Assembly (NCBI GenBank): GCA_963726455.1 | Contig: CAVSCK010000004.1 | Span: 1,280,001 to 1,344,000, forward strand | DNA length: 64,000 nucleotides | Reading direction: 5' to 3' | Source of the DNA: an uncultured bacterium | Lineage (GTDB): Bacteria > Zixibacteria > MSB-5A5 > CAIYYT01 | Part shown: one piece after another, positions 20,602 through 33,085 of the stretch | Numbering within the stretch: position 1 is the first letter of the stretch | Layout: every line of letters begins with the position of its first letter | Position numbers and translations under genes: made by a program | Notes under the pieces: generated by a model | Seen by the model: the letters and a program-made list of their open reading frames with translations, nothing else | The model's database searches: none | What the model was told of the DNA's origin: nothing

Positions 20602-22314
20602 ATGCAGCTATCTGTAAAGGGCAAAGTCATTGTTCTCATGTGCTCGATTCTGGTTGTCATCTTTGGGGCGCTCGCTCTCGTTAATAGCTACCTGCAGTCG
20701 AACTCAATGACTGAGCTGTATGGTACGAATGCGACGGCGTTGAATTGGACCTTGTCGCATCAGGTAGAAGAATTCATGGTCAACGGTGATAACGAGAAGC
20801 TGCAACCGCTCACCGAAGAGCTGGTAGCCAAGGGTCTGGTAAAGGAGTTGACGATTATCGACGCCGAGAAGAAGATAGCGCGATCATCCCGCAAAGAACT
20901 GTTGAATACAACCGCCTCCGATCCGGAATGGCGATCGCTATTTGCCACCCAAAAAGACAGCATCGACTCCCGCACTGTGGACGGCGAACCGGTGATGGTC
21001 AGCTTCAAGGTCATCGAGCGAAAAGAGGTCTGCGAACAGTGCCACGACAAGGCAGGGTCGCCGGTGCTCGGAGGACTGAAGATCGTTTCATCGGAAGCGG
21101 CGATGGCGAATGCCATTCACAAGGGATTTCTGGCGAGCATAATCATGTCTGTCCTGGGAGCGCTGGCGTTGGTCGGGGTCATGACCTGGACGCTCACCAG
21201 AAACGTATTTACGCCACTGCGTAGCGTCAAGGCCAAGCTGGAACGAGCCACCGAGGGAGATATCGATCAGCAATTGAAGATTCGTTCACAGGACGAAATC
21301 GGAAGTTTTCTGAAGGTAACGCAGAAGCTGATCGATTACATCAAGGGATTTGCCGGCGCCTCAACCGAAATAGCCGACGGCAATCTTCAGGTTACGGTGG
21401 AGCCACGATCGAGCCAGGATCAACTCGGACACGCGTATCGAAAGATGATTTCCAACCTCGAAGGCATCGTCGGACAATTAAGCGCGATTGCCGAACGGCT
21501 GGTGTCGGCCTCGCACAGAATATCCAACACGTCGGAAAAGCTGAATTCCAGTGCCCAGGTACAGGTCGACAGCGTCCAACAGGTTTCGAGCGCCGTCGAA
21601 GAAATGGCGGCGACCTCGATTGAGACCACGCACAACACTTCTCATGCAACTGAGCTTTCGCAGACGGCATCACAGACGGCAGTCCAGGGAGCGGCGATTG
21701 TCGAAGAGGCAATATCCGGAATGCACCGGATCGCCGCGCAAGTTGAAGAATCAGCGCAGTCAATGTCGCAGCTTTCGTCGTCCGCCAGCCAGATTACCGA
21801 TATCGTCGAAGTCATAAGCGATATAGCCGACCAAACGAATCTGCTGGCTCTCAATGCCGCCATCGAGGCAGCTCGTGCCGGCGAGCAAGGGCGTGGTTTT
21901 GCAGTCGTGGCCGACGAGGTCAGAAAGCTGGCCGAGAAGACGGTGCGGGCGACGGCGCAAATCGGCGAAATGGTCAAACAGATTCAGCAACAAACCGGTG
22001 CGGCCTCGACTTCCATGGAAAGTTGCGTAGTGCTAGTACAAACCGGAACCTCCGCGGCAGACAAAGCCGGACGCAGTTTGAAAGAGATAGTCGCCCTGGT
22101 CGAACAGGTATCGCGCATGATTCAGCAAATTGCCAGGGCATCATCGGAACAATCGACCACTGCCGAAGACATCACCAAGAACATCGCCCAGTTTTCGGCG
22201 TTGACACACGATACCGCCAACAGCGCCCAGGAATCCCAGGAGGCCTCCGATCAATTAAAAGAGCAGGCCGAAGGATTGCTCGGAATTGTCAGGAGATTCA
22301 AGGTCAAGCAGTAG
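20602..22314 (+). CDS. Methyl-accepting chemotaxis protein with periplasmic c-type heme sensor domain
   Basis: TM1-periplasmic domain with CEQCH-TM2-HAMP; signalling hairpin [37 protein letters not shown]; SD GGAGGG before ATG 20602. Confidence 0.93.
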   Translation: MQLSVKGKVIVLMCSILVVIFGALALVNSYLQSNSMTELYGTNATALNWTLSHQVEEFMVNGDNEKLQPLTEELVAKGLVKELTIIDAEKKIARSSRKELLNTTASDPEWRSLFATQKDSIDSRTVDGEPVMVSFKVIERKEVCEQCHDKAGSPVLGGLKIVSSEAAMANAIHKGFLASIIMSVLGALALVGVMTWTLTRNVFTPLRSVKAKLERATEGDIDQQLKIRSQDEIGSFLKVTQKLIDYIKGFAGASTEIADGNLQVTVEPRSSQDQLGHAYRKMISNLEGIVGQLSAIAERLVSASHRISNTSEKLNSSAQVQVDSVQQVSSAVEEMAATSIETTHNTSHATELSQTASQTAVQGAAIVEEAISGMHRIAAQVEESAQSMSQLSSSASQITDIVEVISDIADQTNLLALNAAIEAARAGEQGRGFAVVADEVRKLAEKTVRATAQIGEMVKQIQQQTGAASTSMESCVVLVQTGTSAADKAGRSLKEIVALVEQVSRMIQQIARASSEQSTTAEDITKNIAQFSALTHDTANSAQESQEASDQLKEQAEGLLGIVRRFKVKQ

Positions 22315-22368
22315 TCATTGACTTGTGCCCTTGTGGTCCGAATTGGCTCTGTCACGAAACGAATGGAT

Positions 22369-22402
22369 GGCGCGCCGGATGATCCCGGCGCGCCTTCATT
22401 TT
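22369..22402 (+). terminator. Rho-independent terminator
   Basis: GGCGCGCCGG-atgatc-CCGGCGCGCC followed by TTCATTTT. Confidence 0.75.
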
Positions 22403-22651
22403 GCCAACATCGCGTGGCGTGGTGCTCTGGCGAGTTGCACGTCAGCGTTCACACATCACTAAACACGTCGCCAATCCTCCGCAATTCCATTCCGATTTGC
22501 TCTTGCCCGCCATTCGAAGAATTTGTATAATTGGGCGGAGACTTTGGGCGCGTGGCTCCGAGTCATAGTTTGTGGCGGCTTCATGTCAATTGGCCGATAT
22601 ATTCGCGACCTGTTATTGAGCTGCAATTCCCCACAATCTCCAGGCGTATAG

Positions 22652-24448
22652 ATGCACGCTACAACACTGATAATCATCGCTCTACTGGTTTTCGCACTGG
22701 CGTACAGGTTTTACGCCAAGTTCATAATTACTAAAGCCCTCGTTTTCGACAAATCAGTCCCGACCCCGGCCCACACGTTGCGCGATGGCAAGGACTACCA
22801 CCCCACCAACAGATATGTACTCTTTGGACACCACTTTGCGGCGATTTCCGGAGCCGGCCCGCTGGTCGGCCCGGTACTTGCCGCTCAGTTCGGATACTTG
22901 CCGGGCTACTTGTGGATTCTGATCGGCGCCGTTCTGGGCGGAGCCGTGCACGATATGGTCATCCTGTTTGCGTCAGTCAAGATGCAGGGACGATCATTGA
23001 CGCACCTGGCGCGGGAACATGTCAGCCCAGTCGCCGGCGTCGCCACCGCGCTGGCTATTCTGTTTATCATCATCACCGCCCTGGCCGGTCTGGCGCTGGT
23101 CGTCGTAAACGCCCTCAATGAAAGCGCGTGGGCGACGTTCACAATTGCGGTAACGGTACCGGCCGCCTTGATGGTCGGATTGTACATGTACAAAATCCGG
23201 CCGGGCAAGTTGATTGAGGCCTCTCTCGTTGGCGTGGTGATTGTCGTACTGGGTGTCGTATTCGGAGAGCCGTTGTCGCGAACAGCTTTCGGTTCGGTGT
23301 TTCTGCTGTCGAAACCGGCGCTGTCGATCATACTTCCCCTCTACGGCCTGATCGCTTCGACGCTTCCCGTTTGGCTACTGCTCTGCCCCAGAGATTATCT
23401 CAGTTCGTACATGAAAATCGGCACCATCGTGCTGCTGGCGGCGGGAATCTTTATCGTCAATCCACTCATTCACATGCCCGCGGTCACTCAATTTATCCAT
23501 GGTGGTGGACCGATTATTCCCGGCAAGGTGTGGCCTTTCGTCTGCATCACTATTGCCTGTGGCGCCATCAGCGGCTTTCATGCTCTGATCAGCTCCGGCA
23601 CCACTCCCAAGATGATCAACAGCGAAGCCGACATCCGATTCATTAGCTTCGGGGCGATGTTGGCAGAGGCCGTTGTTTCCATCATGGCGTTGATCGCCGC
23701 CACGACAATGCTTCCCGGCGATTATTTTGCTATCAACCTTACGCCTGAGGCCTTCAGCAAACTCGGGATGCAGACGGGGCAGCTTCAGGAAATCGAACGC
23801 ATGACCGGCGAAACCTTGGTTGGTCGTACCGGCGGCGCCGTGTCGCTGGCAGCGGGAATGTCCGTGATCCTTTCCGGCATTCAAGGCATGAAGCACCTGA
23901 TGGGCTACTGGTATCACTTCGCCATCATGTTTGAAGCGCTGTTTATCCTGACTACCGTCGATACCGGCACGCGCGTGGCGCGGTATATTATGCAGGAAAT
24001 CTTGAAGCCGATTCATCCCAAACTGGGGAGTTCCACTTGGCTGCCGGGGGTGATCCTAAGCGGCGGAATGATCAGTTTTCTGTGGGGCTGGCTGGTGTAC
24101 AACGGCGACATCTCCACTATCTGGCCTATGTTCGGTGTGGCGAACCAACTCCTTGCGACGCTCGCCTTGTCTATCGGAACGATTTACATACTCGAACGAT
24201 CGGGCAAGTGGTATTATGGCCTGATCACCTTTCTTCCATCGCTGTTTATGTTTGCCACGACATTTGTCGCCGGCATACAGAACATCACGGACAATTACCT
24301 GCCGAAGCAAACATTTCAGGGAAATCTCAATGCCGTACTGACGATCGTGATGCTGATTCTTGTCGTAATCATCTTCTTCGAATCTCTCAGAAAATGTTCG
24401 CAGTTCCTGTGGAGAATTCGCGCCGTGCCGGAAGGCATTGGCAAATAG
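22652..24448 (+). CDS. cstA: Carbon starvation protein A (CstA/BtsT peptide or pyruvate transporter)
   Basis: TPAH...DGKDY, LFGHHFAAISGAGPLVGP, ITIACGAISGFHAL, IWPMFGVANQLLA. Confidence 0.95.
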   Translation: MHATTLIIIALLVFALAYRFYAKFIITKALVFDKSVPTPAHTLRDGKDYHPTNRYVLFGHHFAAISGAGPLVGPVLAAQFGYLPGYLWILIGAVLGGAVHDMVILFASVKMQGRSLTHLAREHVSPVAGVATALAILFIIITALAGLALVVVNALNESAWATFTIAVTVPAALMVGLYMYKIRPGKLIEASLVGVVIVVLGVVFGEPLSRTAFGSVFLLSKPALSIILPLYGLIASTLPVWLLLCPRDYLSSYMKIGTIVLLAAGIFIVNPLIHMPAVTQFIHGGGPIIPGKVWPFVCITIACGAISGFHALISSGTTPKMINSEADIRFISFGAMLAEAVVSIMALIAATTMLPGDYFAINLTPEAFSKLGMQTGQLQEIERMTGETLVGRTGGAVSLAAGMSVILSGIQGMKHLMGYWYHFAIMFEALFILTTVDTGTRVARYIMQEILKPIHPKLGSSTWLPGVILSGGMISFLWGWLVYNGDISTIWPMFGVANQLLATLALSIGTIYILERSGKWYYGLITFLPSLFMFATTFVAGIQNITDNYLPKQTFQGNLNAVLTIVMLILVVIIFFESLRKCSQFLWRIRAVPEGIGK

Positions 24449-24629
24449 ACTTGCCCCTGCTCGTCCCTGCCCAGCTTCATCTTCCCGTTCCTTGCCGTTG
24501 TTGACAATTGCTCCTTTAGTCTTCGCGGATTTATCACTTTCAATGTGGGACATTACGCGGAATCCGTTTGAGTTAGTCGGCAACGACGCACCGACTTCCC
24601 TTGTTGTCCGGCCAGACAAGCATCGCAAT

Positions 24630-24656
24630 TAAGAATGCCCTGAAACAGGCCGACAT
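24630..24656 (+). promoter_or_regulatory. Putative sigma-28 promoter
   Basis: TAAG-N15-GCCGACAT upstream of the PAS kinase. Confidence 0.5.
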
Positions 24657-24739
24657 ACTATAAGGTAGGGGCGCTGACCTGCTTTACTAGCATGGTTAAA
24701 CTTCCGATTGCTTATTAACAGGCGAAAGGCCAGGAGCGG

Positions 24740-27700
24740 TTGAAAGACTTCAGGAGCATTCCCAGTTCTCAGGGCCGGCAGATTGCTGTTGCTATTGCTC
24801 TGGTCGCTATTTTTCTCGGCGAGCGAGCTTTGACCTCCTATCTGGGAAATGCCTTGAACGCGCCGTGGCTATGGTTTCTTGATGCTCTATTCTTGTGCGT
24901 ACTTATCGGGGTGCCGGCATACTTGGTTTTCGTTCGCCCGCTTCGTCGCAAGCTCCAGGACCACGAATTCACGCTACACGAACTGCGGGAAAACGGGCAG
25001 CGATTTTCCAACCTGATCAACAATTTCCGGGACATATTCTGGTCGCGCGATAGTGAGGGCTTGGTGACATTCCTGAGCCCGACTGTCGAGGCCGTACTCG
25101 GCTACCCGGCGGAATTATTCCATCGCTCAGACATTCCGGCATGGATTTCGAAGATTCACGTCGAGGATCGCGACCTGGTCCAGAACGCTTATGTTGGCTT
25201 GATGCAAACGGGACAATCATACGACCTCGAATATCGGTTTCAGAGCGAGACCGGCGAGTGGGTATGGCTGCACGACCGTGGCTGGCGGACGCATGACGAA
25301 AAGGGCCATGCCAGATTCGAAGGCGCCATTTCAGACATTTCGCGGCTAAAGCACAACGAGTTGAAGCTGGCAGAACAATCGCAACTGGTTGATGCAATTT
25401 TCGAGAATAGTCAGTCGTGCAACGTTATTCTGGATCGAGACTTCAATTTCATCCGTGTGAATGCAGCGTATGCCAGTGCTGACAACAGAAAGCCGGAGGA
25501 CTTCCCGGGGCGCAATCATTTCGAGTTCTATCCGTCCGAAGCCAGGGAGATTTTCGAGCAGGTTGTCAGGTCAAAGCAGCCGGTTGAAGTAACAGCCCGA
25601 CCTTTCAGATACGCCGACCACCCCGAACGCGGCGTTACCTATTGGGATTGGAAGCTATTGCCTATGCTCGACTCTCAAGGCGATGTCGACAAATTGGTCT
25701 TCACGCTCAGCAACGTGACCGAACGTTATCGGGCTGAGGAACAACTCCGGCGCGTCAACGCCTACCATCGCAGCTTGATAGAGGCCAGCGTTGACCCGTT
25801 CCTTACCATCGACTTGGACGGTAAAGTCACCGACGTCAATTGTGCAGCCGAGGTGGTGACGGGCTATGGCCGGGACAAGTTGATAGGCACCGATTGCTGG
25901 GTTTACGTCACGGAACCGGAAAAGGCCAAAGAAGGTTATCTGCGCACCTTCCGCGAGGGAAAGTTGCACGAATTCCCGTTGGAAATTCGCCATCGCGATG
26001 GCCACACCACACCCGTACTGTTCAATGCCGCAGTATACAGGGATCACGAAGGCAAAGTCGCAGGCATCTTTGCCGTCGCGAGAGACATTACCGAACTAAA
26101 GCAGGTGGGTGAACTGCACGCTCGTTTAGCAGCCATAGTAGAGTTTTCCGACGAGGCCATTGCCGGAGGCGAACTCGATGGAACCATCACCAGTTGGAAT
26201 AGGGGCGCCGAAAAGATATACGGTTATTCACCCGATGAAATCCTTCACCGATCGGCACTGATTCTAATTCCCAATGGCGTCCGCGAGGAATTTCGCACCG
26301 CCATCGAAAAAGTTCGGAAGGGCGAATCGGTATTTCTGACCGATACCAAGCGGCTCAGGAAGGACGGAAGCACTGTCAGCGTGTCGGTCGTCTTGTCTCC
26401 GATCCGGGACGCAGAACGGAACCGTCACGGGAATCTCGACGATCGGTCGTGACATTACCGCACAGAAGCTGGCCGAAGAGACCATTCGCTCCGCCGGCGC
26501 CTACAACCGCAGCTTGATTGACGCAAGCTTGGATCCATTTGCTACTATTAGCCCTCAGGGTAAGATCACCGACGTGAACAAGGCCACCGAGGAGATCGTC
26601 GGCTACTCACGTGAGGAACTCATTGGAACGGATTTCACCGACTACTTCGTACAACCCGAAAAGGCACAGAAGGGATATCAGCAAGTTCTCTATACTGGAT
26701 TTGTTCGCGATTATCCGCTCGAGATCAGGCACCGTGACGGCCACGTGACTCCGGTGCTCTATAATGCCAGTGTCTATAAGGATCAATCCGGACGGATTAT
26801 CGGCGTTTTTGCCGCAGCCCGGGACGTCACGGAGCGCAGAAACTTCGAAAAGGAGCTCTTGGAAAGCGAAGAACGCTATCGATCCTTGTTTGAATGCTCT
26901 CCCGATGCCATCTTCCTGGCAGATCCCGAAACGGGCAGAATTCTCGACGTGAATCCGGCGGCCTGCCAGCTTCTGGCCAGACCGCGGCGGGAAATCATCG
27001 GAATGCATCAGACTCAGTTGCACCCGACCAACTTGGGCTCACAGTGTCGTCAACACTTTGCCAAGCAAGTCCGAGATTCGGCTGCCTCGGGGAACGCGCA
27101 CTCCCTCGACTCAGTGGTCGTGCGGCCGGACGGCACGGAAATTCCGACTGAGATCAGATCGCAATTGATCACTCTAAACGGACGGAAAGTATTTCAGGGC
27201 GTATTTCGGGATATTACCGAACGGAAATTGGCCGAGGCAATTGTCAAAGAGAGCGAGGAGAAGTTCCGGTTGCTGGCGGAAAATGGATCGGATACGGTCT
27301 GGACTATGAAGATGGACGGTACTTTCACATATATTAGTCCCGCGGTGGCGAGACTTCGCGGATACACATCGGAAGAAGCGGTCCGCATTCCGCTCGATCA
27401 GACGATGACCCCGGCGACTCTTGAACATGTCAGGAAATTATTCGCCGAGGAAGAAAAGAAGCCCGAGTCAGAGCGTTGGAGCGACCGGATACTCGAACTC
27501 GAACAAATTCGCAAGGACGGGTCTGCCGTTTGGACGGAAGTCTCGATTCGCGCCATCCGCAATGCCGACGGCAATGTCATCGGCCTCCAGGGAAGTACAC
27601 GCGACATATCCATACGCAAGCAAGCTCTCGATGCCTTACGAAAGAGTGAGGAGCGTTATCGTGCCGTGGTCGAGGATCAGACTGAAGTCATCTGCCGATT

Positions 27701-29963
27701 CAAAGCTGACGGTACGTTTACGTTTGTAAACGACCTCTATTGCCGCTTCTTTGGAAAATCCCGCGATGAATTGTTGGGCACCAGTTGGCAGCCAGTAGTT
27801 GTTCCAGAGCACCTTCCGGAAGTTGAAAGGAAACTCGCCGAATTGTCGGTGACCAACCCGGTGGCAGTAGTCGAAAACTGCGTCAATTCCGGAGATGGCC
27901 GGATTCACTGGATGCAGTTCGTCAATCGGGGATTCTTTGATGAACAGGGACAATTGATCGAGATTCAGTCCGTTGGCCGTGATATCACCGAGCGCAAACG
28001 GGCGGAAGAGGCGTTACAGGATAGCGAAAGACGTTACCGTCTGTTGTATGAAACCATGAGAGACGCCTTCGTGCATACCGACATGGACGGCCGTATACTT
28101 GACTCCAACACTGCGTATCAAACCATGCTCGGATATACTCCTGACGAATTGGCGACGATGAGATACGTCGACCTAACGCCGTCGCGGTGGCACGAGATCG
28201 AAGACGGGATCGTCAAACAGCAAATCATCCCTCGCGGTTACTCCGACGTCTACGAAAAAGAGTACCGGCGCAAAGATGGCACGGTCTATCCGGTGGAGTT
28301 GCGCACGTTCCTCCTTCATGACACATCGGGACAGCCATGTGGAATGTGGGCGATTGTCCGTGACGTCACTTCTCGCAAACTCATGGAAGAAGAACTGCGG
28401 GCGACATCAATTTATGCGCGCAGTCTTATTGAAGCCAGTCTTGACCCTTTGGTTACGATAAGCATCGAAGGTAAGATCACGGACGTCAATCAGGCCACGG
28501 AACTGGTGACGGGAGTTCCGCGCACGGAGTTAATTGGCAGCGATTTTTCAGACTACTGCACCGAGCCGGAGTTGGCGCGACAAGGTTACCAACAAGTGAT
28601 CTCTCAGGGCTTCCTGATGGATTACGCGTTGACAATCCGCCATCGATCGGGAAGCACAACTGATGTGCTCTACAATGCCACCGTACACCGTGATGAGCTG
28701 GGGCAGGTGCTGGGAGTATTCGCCTCAGCCAGAGACATAACGGAACGGAAACGCGCCGAACGGGATCGTGAGGAATTAGCCAGCCAACTGGCGCAAGCAC
28801 AGAAGATGGAATCGATTGGTCGATTGGCCGGCGGAGTGGCGCATGATTTCAACAATATTCTGACCGCTATCCTCGGGCATGCTGAACTGGCGCTCGTTGA
28901 CATGGCGTCCGATAACCCGATCCGCGAGGAAATCGAAAACATTCACGATAGTGCCGAGCGGGCGGCCACCCTCACACAGCAACTTCTGGCATTTGCGCGC
29001 CGACAGGTGATTCAGCCAAAGTTGCTGAATGTGAACGAGCTGTTGGGAAATCTCACCAAGATGCTGAAGCGGATGATTGGCGAGGATATTGAACTCATCA
29101 CTCGCACAGGTTCCGATGTGGGCGGGATTATCGCCGATACCAGCCAATTCGAGCAGGTCCTGCTTAATCTGGCTGTCAACGCGAGAGACGCCATGCCGGA
29201 AGGCGGAACTCTCACGATTGCTACCGACAACTTGACCGTGAGCGAACCTACGCCGGAACAGCACGACTCGCTGCCTCCCGGTGAGTTCGTCATCGTTAGC
29301 ATCAGCGATACCGGAATGGGCATTCCCGAAGAAATTCGGCAACATCTATTCGAACCATTCTTCACTACAAAAGAACTGGGAAAGGGTACCGGACTGGGGC
29401 TCGCGGTTGTATTGGGCATAGTTCAAAGCCACAAAGGATATGTCAGGGTGGAGAGCTCTGTCGGTCAAGGTGCCTGTTTCCGGCTCTATTTCCCACGGGT
29501 TTCGGGAGCTGAGGGCAAATCGGCCGAGACGAACGCCGACTGCAGCTACAGCACCGGTAGCGAAACAATTCTCGTGGTCGAGGATGACAATACGGTACGT
29601 ACTCTGATTTGCTCTACCCTGCAGCGCGCCGGCTACACGGTGTTATCCGCCGGCAGCCCCGACGAGTGCTTTGGGCTGATTTCGGAAAGAGGCAAGGACG
29701 TCAATCTCCTGGTTACTGACATAATCATGCCATCGCTGAACGGCCGACAGCTTTACGACAAACTTGCCGCCAACTTCCCGGGGCTAAGAGTGTTGTTCAT
29801 CTCCGGGTATTCGGGCGAGGCGGTCAGCAATCACGGCATTCTCGATGGCAACCTCCAGTTTCTACAAAAGCCATTTTCGATTTCGGGACTCTTGAGAAAA
29901 GTTCGTGAGGTGCTCGACAGCCCGTTCAGCCCCGCGGACTCGCAGTCGAGCATGAGTCAATAA
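24740..29963 (+). CDS. Hybrid sensor histidine kinase: 2 TM, about 10 PAS, HisKA, HATPase, REC (about 1740 aa); +1 frameshift at about 26415
   Basis: Repeated PAS/PAC ends (RDITERK); H-box LAGGVAHDFNN; NLAVNARDA, DTGMG, FEPFFTTK..GKGTGLGL; receiver VVEDD/LVTDIIMP/QKPF; removing one A joins the two ORFs. Confidence 0.9.
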
Positions 29964-30166
29964 CCCAAAAGATTTCCAACACATTCCTACTGACAGTAGC
30001 CACACAAAACCCCGTCGTGAATCGTTTGGGTATGTGCCTCTGCCGATCGGGCGTTTTGGCCGGTGCTGGATTTTCGTTTTGAATTTTGATTACACGTAGA
30101 TGAATAGTCTTGGCCGTGATGAGCGCAGCATGTCGCCTGATCAGCGGGCGCCAGTCATTAGAGTCA

Positions 30167-32230
30167 TCAACTGATGCGGACTCTCTGCCTGCCTAGCTCC
30201 GTTCTGACTGCGCGTCCAAGAGCTTCACGCGTATACGGTTTCTTCAGGTATTCGCCGGCGCCAAGCTGCTGCATGGCTGCCACGCGATCGGTCGCCGAGA
30301 AACCGCTGGCAATTATCGCCTTCTGATCGGGATGCCGTTCCAGGATCATCCGGTATGTATCAAGTCCGTCAAAATCTTTTTCCATTATCATGTCAAGAAC
30401 GACGAGATGGACATCACTCTGCCGCAGGTAATTGACCGCTTCGTGGCCGTTTGCGGCGGTGACAACCTCGTAGCCAAGACTTGACAGCATCTCCTGAGCC
30501 ATCTCCAACTGTTCCGATGAATCATCGACCAACAGGACCTTTTCGCGACCGCGAATTTCCGTACGAGTCTCTGTGTCTGCCGACTCTGAAATCCTGGTAA
30601 CGGGAAAATAAAGGTAGAATTCAGAGCCCTGTCCCTCACTGGAAATGACGTCATAATATCCCTTGTGGTCTTTTACGACACCATACACAACTGACAATCC
30701 GAGTCCTGAACCGCTGCGGCCGATTTTCTTTTTCGAGAAATACGGTTCGAAAATTTTGTCAATATCGTCGGCAGAAATTCCCACGCCGGTATCTTGAACC
30801 TTGACCATGATATAGTTGCCGTGTCTGATGTTGTCAAAACCGCGTGGCAAACGCTCAAGGGTTTGTTCAGCCGTTTCGAGGACAATCGTCCCCTGCTCTC
30901 CCACGGCGTCGAATGCGTTGACCACCAGGTTCATAATCACCTTCCCGAGGTGGGCCGGCGATCCGAGAATCGGTGCAATTCCGCGGTTGAGATGATGCCG
31001 GACAACAACACCGGGATGGTTTTCCGTAAGCTTCTGGAAACCCGGAGAGTCGAGATAGGTGTCGATGACCTCATTCATATCTGTGGGCGCCATCTCGTAA
31101 CGCCCTCGCCGCGCCAGCGTCAGCAGATCCTGAATTACATCGGCGGCCTCTTGCGCGGCATTGCCGATACGCATGACCTGTTTGCGGATTGGGCTGTCAT
31201 CGGGAAGCCGCGACAGAATCAATTCCGGATACCCGACCAGGGGCCCGAGCGTATTGTTCAAATCGTGCGCTACGCCACCCGCCAGCAGTCCGAGCGCTTC
31301 CATTCTTTGAGCGCGTTCCAGGCGCTCCTGGAGCTCGATATTCTTCCGCTCGGCTTCTTTGCGCTGCGTGACATCCCTTAGAATGCACTGCGTGATCCGT
31401 CGCCCGCGCATTTCCGAGCCGCTGATGCTGACCTCGGCAATGATCTCCTTGCCGTCACGGCGCCGTAAGGACAGTTCGCCGGGATTCCGTGCGCCCACCC
31501 TGGACTCATCGAAGATCGCCAATTCCTGTTCCATCGTCGTGTTCCGTGGAACGAGAACCGCCTCCAGCTTTTGATTTATGATTTCCGTCGCTTTCAGGCC
31601 GAGCAATTCCTCCACCTTGCGGTTGACAAGGAAAATGCGCCGGGTGTCGTTCGAAATTACAAAGACAGCGTCGTTTGAAGTATCAATCAATATGCGATAC
31701 GTTTCTTCCGAATCGCGTAACGCCTTTTCCGACCGTTGAATCATCCTGATTGGCAGTACACGCAACACCAGAAATACTCCCGATCCCGCGGCAGTCATCA
31801 ATACGAGTAACCAAACACTCTTGGCCACCAGCGGCCGTACCGAGCGTGAGATTTCGATTCGTCCGACAGGTGTTCCCGAATCATAAAGCTCCAGCGACCG
31901 ACTCATGGTCGGAGCATCCAGTTTGTCGACACTCTCAACAATGAGACTGCCCTGCACATCGAACAGACGTCGTGATTCAGGATACTGGGTTCGCGGACGC
32001 CTCTGAAGATACTCCTGCAACCTTACGGTTTCGTATTGCCACATCGCGGGATTGGAGTTGATGATTTCGGTTATGATCCGGCTGTTTATTTCGGCTTCTG
32101 CTTCCAGACCACCGGCAAAGTATTGATAGGACAACAGGAAGTAGCCGGCGGGACCCAGCAGCCCGCCCAGACCGATCACAACAGCGACCAGCCAGGTGAT
32201 AATGCGTGTAGTTAGGTAATAAGTTGGCAT
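30167..32230 (-). CDS. Hybrid sensor histidine kinase (TM-periplasmic-TM, PAS, HisKA, HATPase, REC)
   Basis: LAGGVAHDLNN, NLVVNAFDA, DTGVG, GSGLGL, LVDD/VLDMIM/KKPY. Confidence 0.92.
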   Translation of the reverse strand: MPTYYLTTRIITWLVAVVIGLGGLLGPAGYFLLSYQYFAGGLEAEAEINSRIITEIINSNPAMWQYETVRLQEYLQRRPRTQYPESRRLFDVQGSLIVESVDKLDAPTMSRSLELYDSGTPVGRIEISRSVRPLVAKSVWLLVLMTAAGSGVFLVLRVLPIRMIQRSEKALRDSEETYRILIDTSNDAVFVISNDTRRIFLVNRKVEELLGLKATEIINQKLEAVLVPRNTTMEQELAIFDESRVGARNPGELSLRRRDGKEIIAEVSISGSEMRGRRITQCILRDVTQRKEAERKNIELQERLERAQRMEALGLLAGGVAHDLNNTLGPLVGYPELILSRLPDDSPIRKQVMRIGNAAQEAADVIQDLLTLARRGRYEMAPTDMNEVIDTYLDSPGFQKLTENHPGVVVRHHLNRGIAPILGSPAHLGKVIMNLVVNAFDAVGEQGTIVLETAEQTLERLPRGFDNIRHGNYIMVKVQDTGVGISADDIDKIFEPYFSKKKIGRSGSGLGLSVVYGVVKDHKGYYDVISSEGQGSEFYLYFPVTRISESADTETRTEIRGREKVLLVDDSSEQLEMAQEMLSSLGYEVVTAANGHEAVNYLRQSDVHLVVLDMIMEKDFDGLDTYRMILERHPDQKAIIASGFSATDRVAAMQQLGAGEYLKKPYTREALGRAVRTELGRQRVRIS

Positions 32231-33085
32231 CTAATTCTCTGCCAGGCCGCTTCCTATTGGCTGATTCCCTGACTCTTCCAACAGTTTCCTACCCTCTGCG
32301 GAGCGCACGAATTCCGCAAACATGGCTGCGATTCGATTTCCGCCTGAATTCCTGACCAGGTAATAGGAGCGGTAGAAGGGATAAGTTCCGTTGGAGATAT
32401 TTGTGACCGAAGGAATCACGCCATTGAATGTCAGTACAACGAATTGTCGCTGCCAGGTCAATACCTGAGCGAGACTTGTGAATGCCAATGTTCCCGAAAC
32501 CGACCCGATATGCTCGAGGCAATCCTGGTCTGTCAAGGCAATCACCATTCCGGGCACCTGAAGCAGACTATCGAGGACCCTGCTCATCGTGGCGGAAACA
32601 GCTTTGGCGATACGCGTATCAGTCTCTTCAGCAGGTCGAATTATGGGGCGAATTCTTTGACCGTTGGGCCAGGTCGAGATAGCGCCACTGAACATATCAG
32701 TCACGCTTTGAGCGGTGACTCCGGCAATCCCTACCGGGTCTCTGGTCACAAAGACAAATGGTGTTCTGGCGTATTCGAAATCGCTGAGTCCGGCGGTTCT
32801 TTCTCCGTCTTTCAGAGGTCTGGAACTCAGCGCGACATCTATTGCCCCGGCAGTCACGGCCTTCAAGCCGCCGCTGCTGCCCAAACTGGGAAGGATTTTG
32901 ACTTCAATATCGGGATGTAACTCGTGGAAGGCTTCGCCGATCTTTTTCATCGAGCCCAGCGCGCTTCCGGTTCCTCCCAGCTTCAGTATCTGCTGAGCCG
33001 GCGCGGCTGAACTCAGCACCAGTACGAATGATGCCAGCATCGCATAGGCGATGGCGCAGGACTGCCAGTGTTGTCTTTTTTTCAT
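32231..33085 (-). CDS. PstS-like periplasmic binding protein (PBP_like_2)
   Basis: Signal peptide; GGTGS, SLGSSGG..AV..G.IDVALSSRPL, NGTYPFYR; SD AGAGGA before ATG 33085; stop directly abuts the kinase start. Confidence 0.85.
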   Translation of the reverse strand: MKKRQHWQSCAIAYAMLASFVLVLSSAAPAQQILKLGGTGSALGSMKKIGEAFHELHPDIEVKILPSLGSSGGLKAVTAGAIDVALSSRPLKDGERTAGLSDFEYARTPFVFVTRDPVGIAGVTAQSVTDMFSGAISTWPNGQRIRPIIRPAEETDTRIAKAVSATMSRVLDSLLQVPGMVIALTDQDCLEHIGSVSGTLAFTSLAQVLTWQRQFVVLTFNGVIPSVTNISNGTYPFYRSYYLVRNSGGNRIAAMFAEFVRSAEGRKLLEESGNQPIGSGLAEN

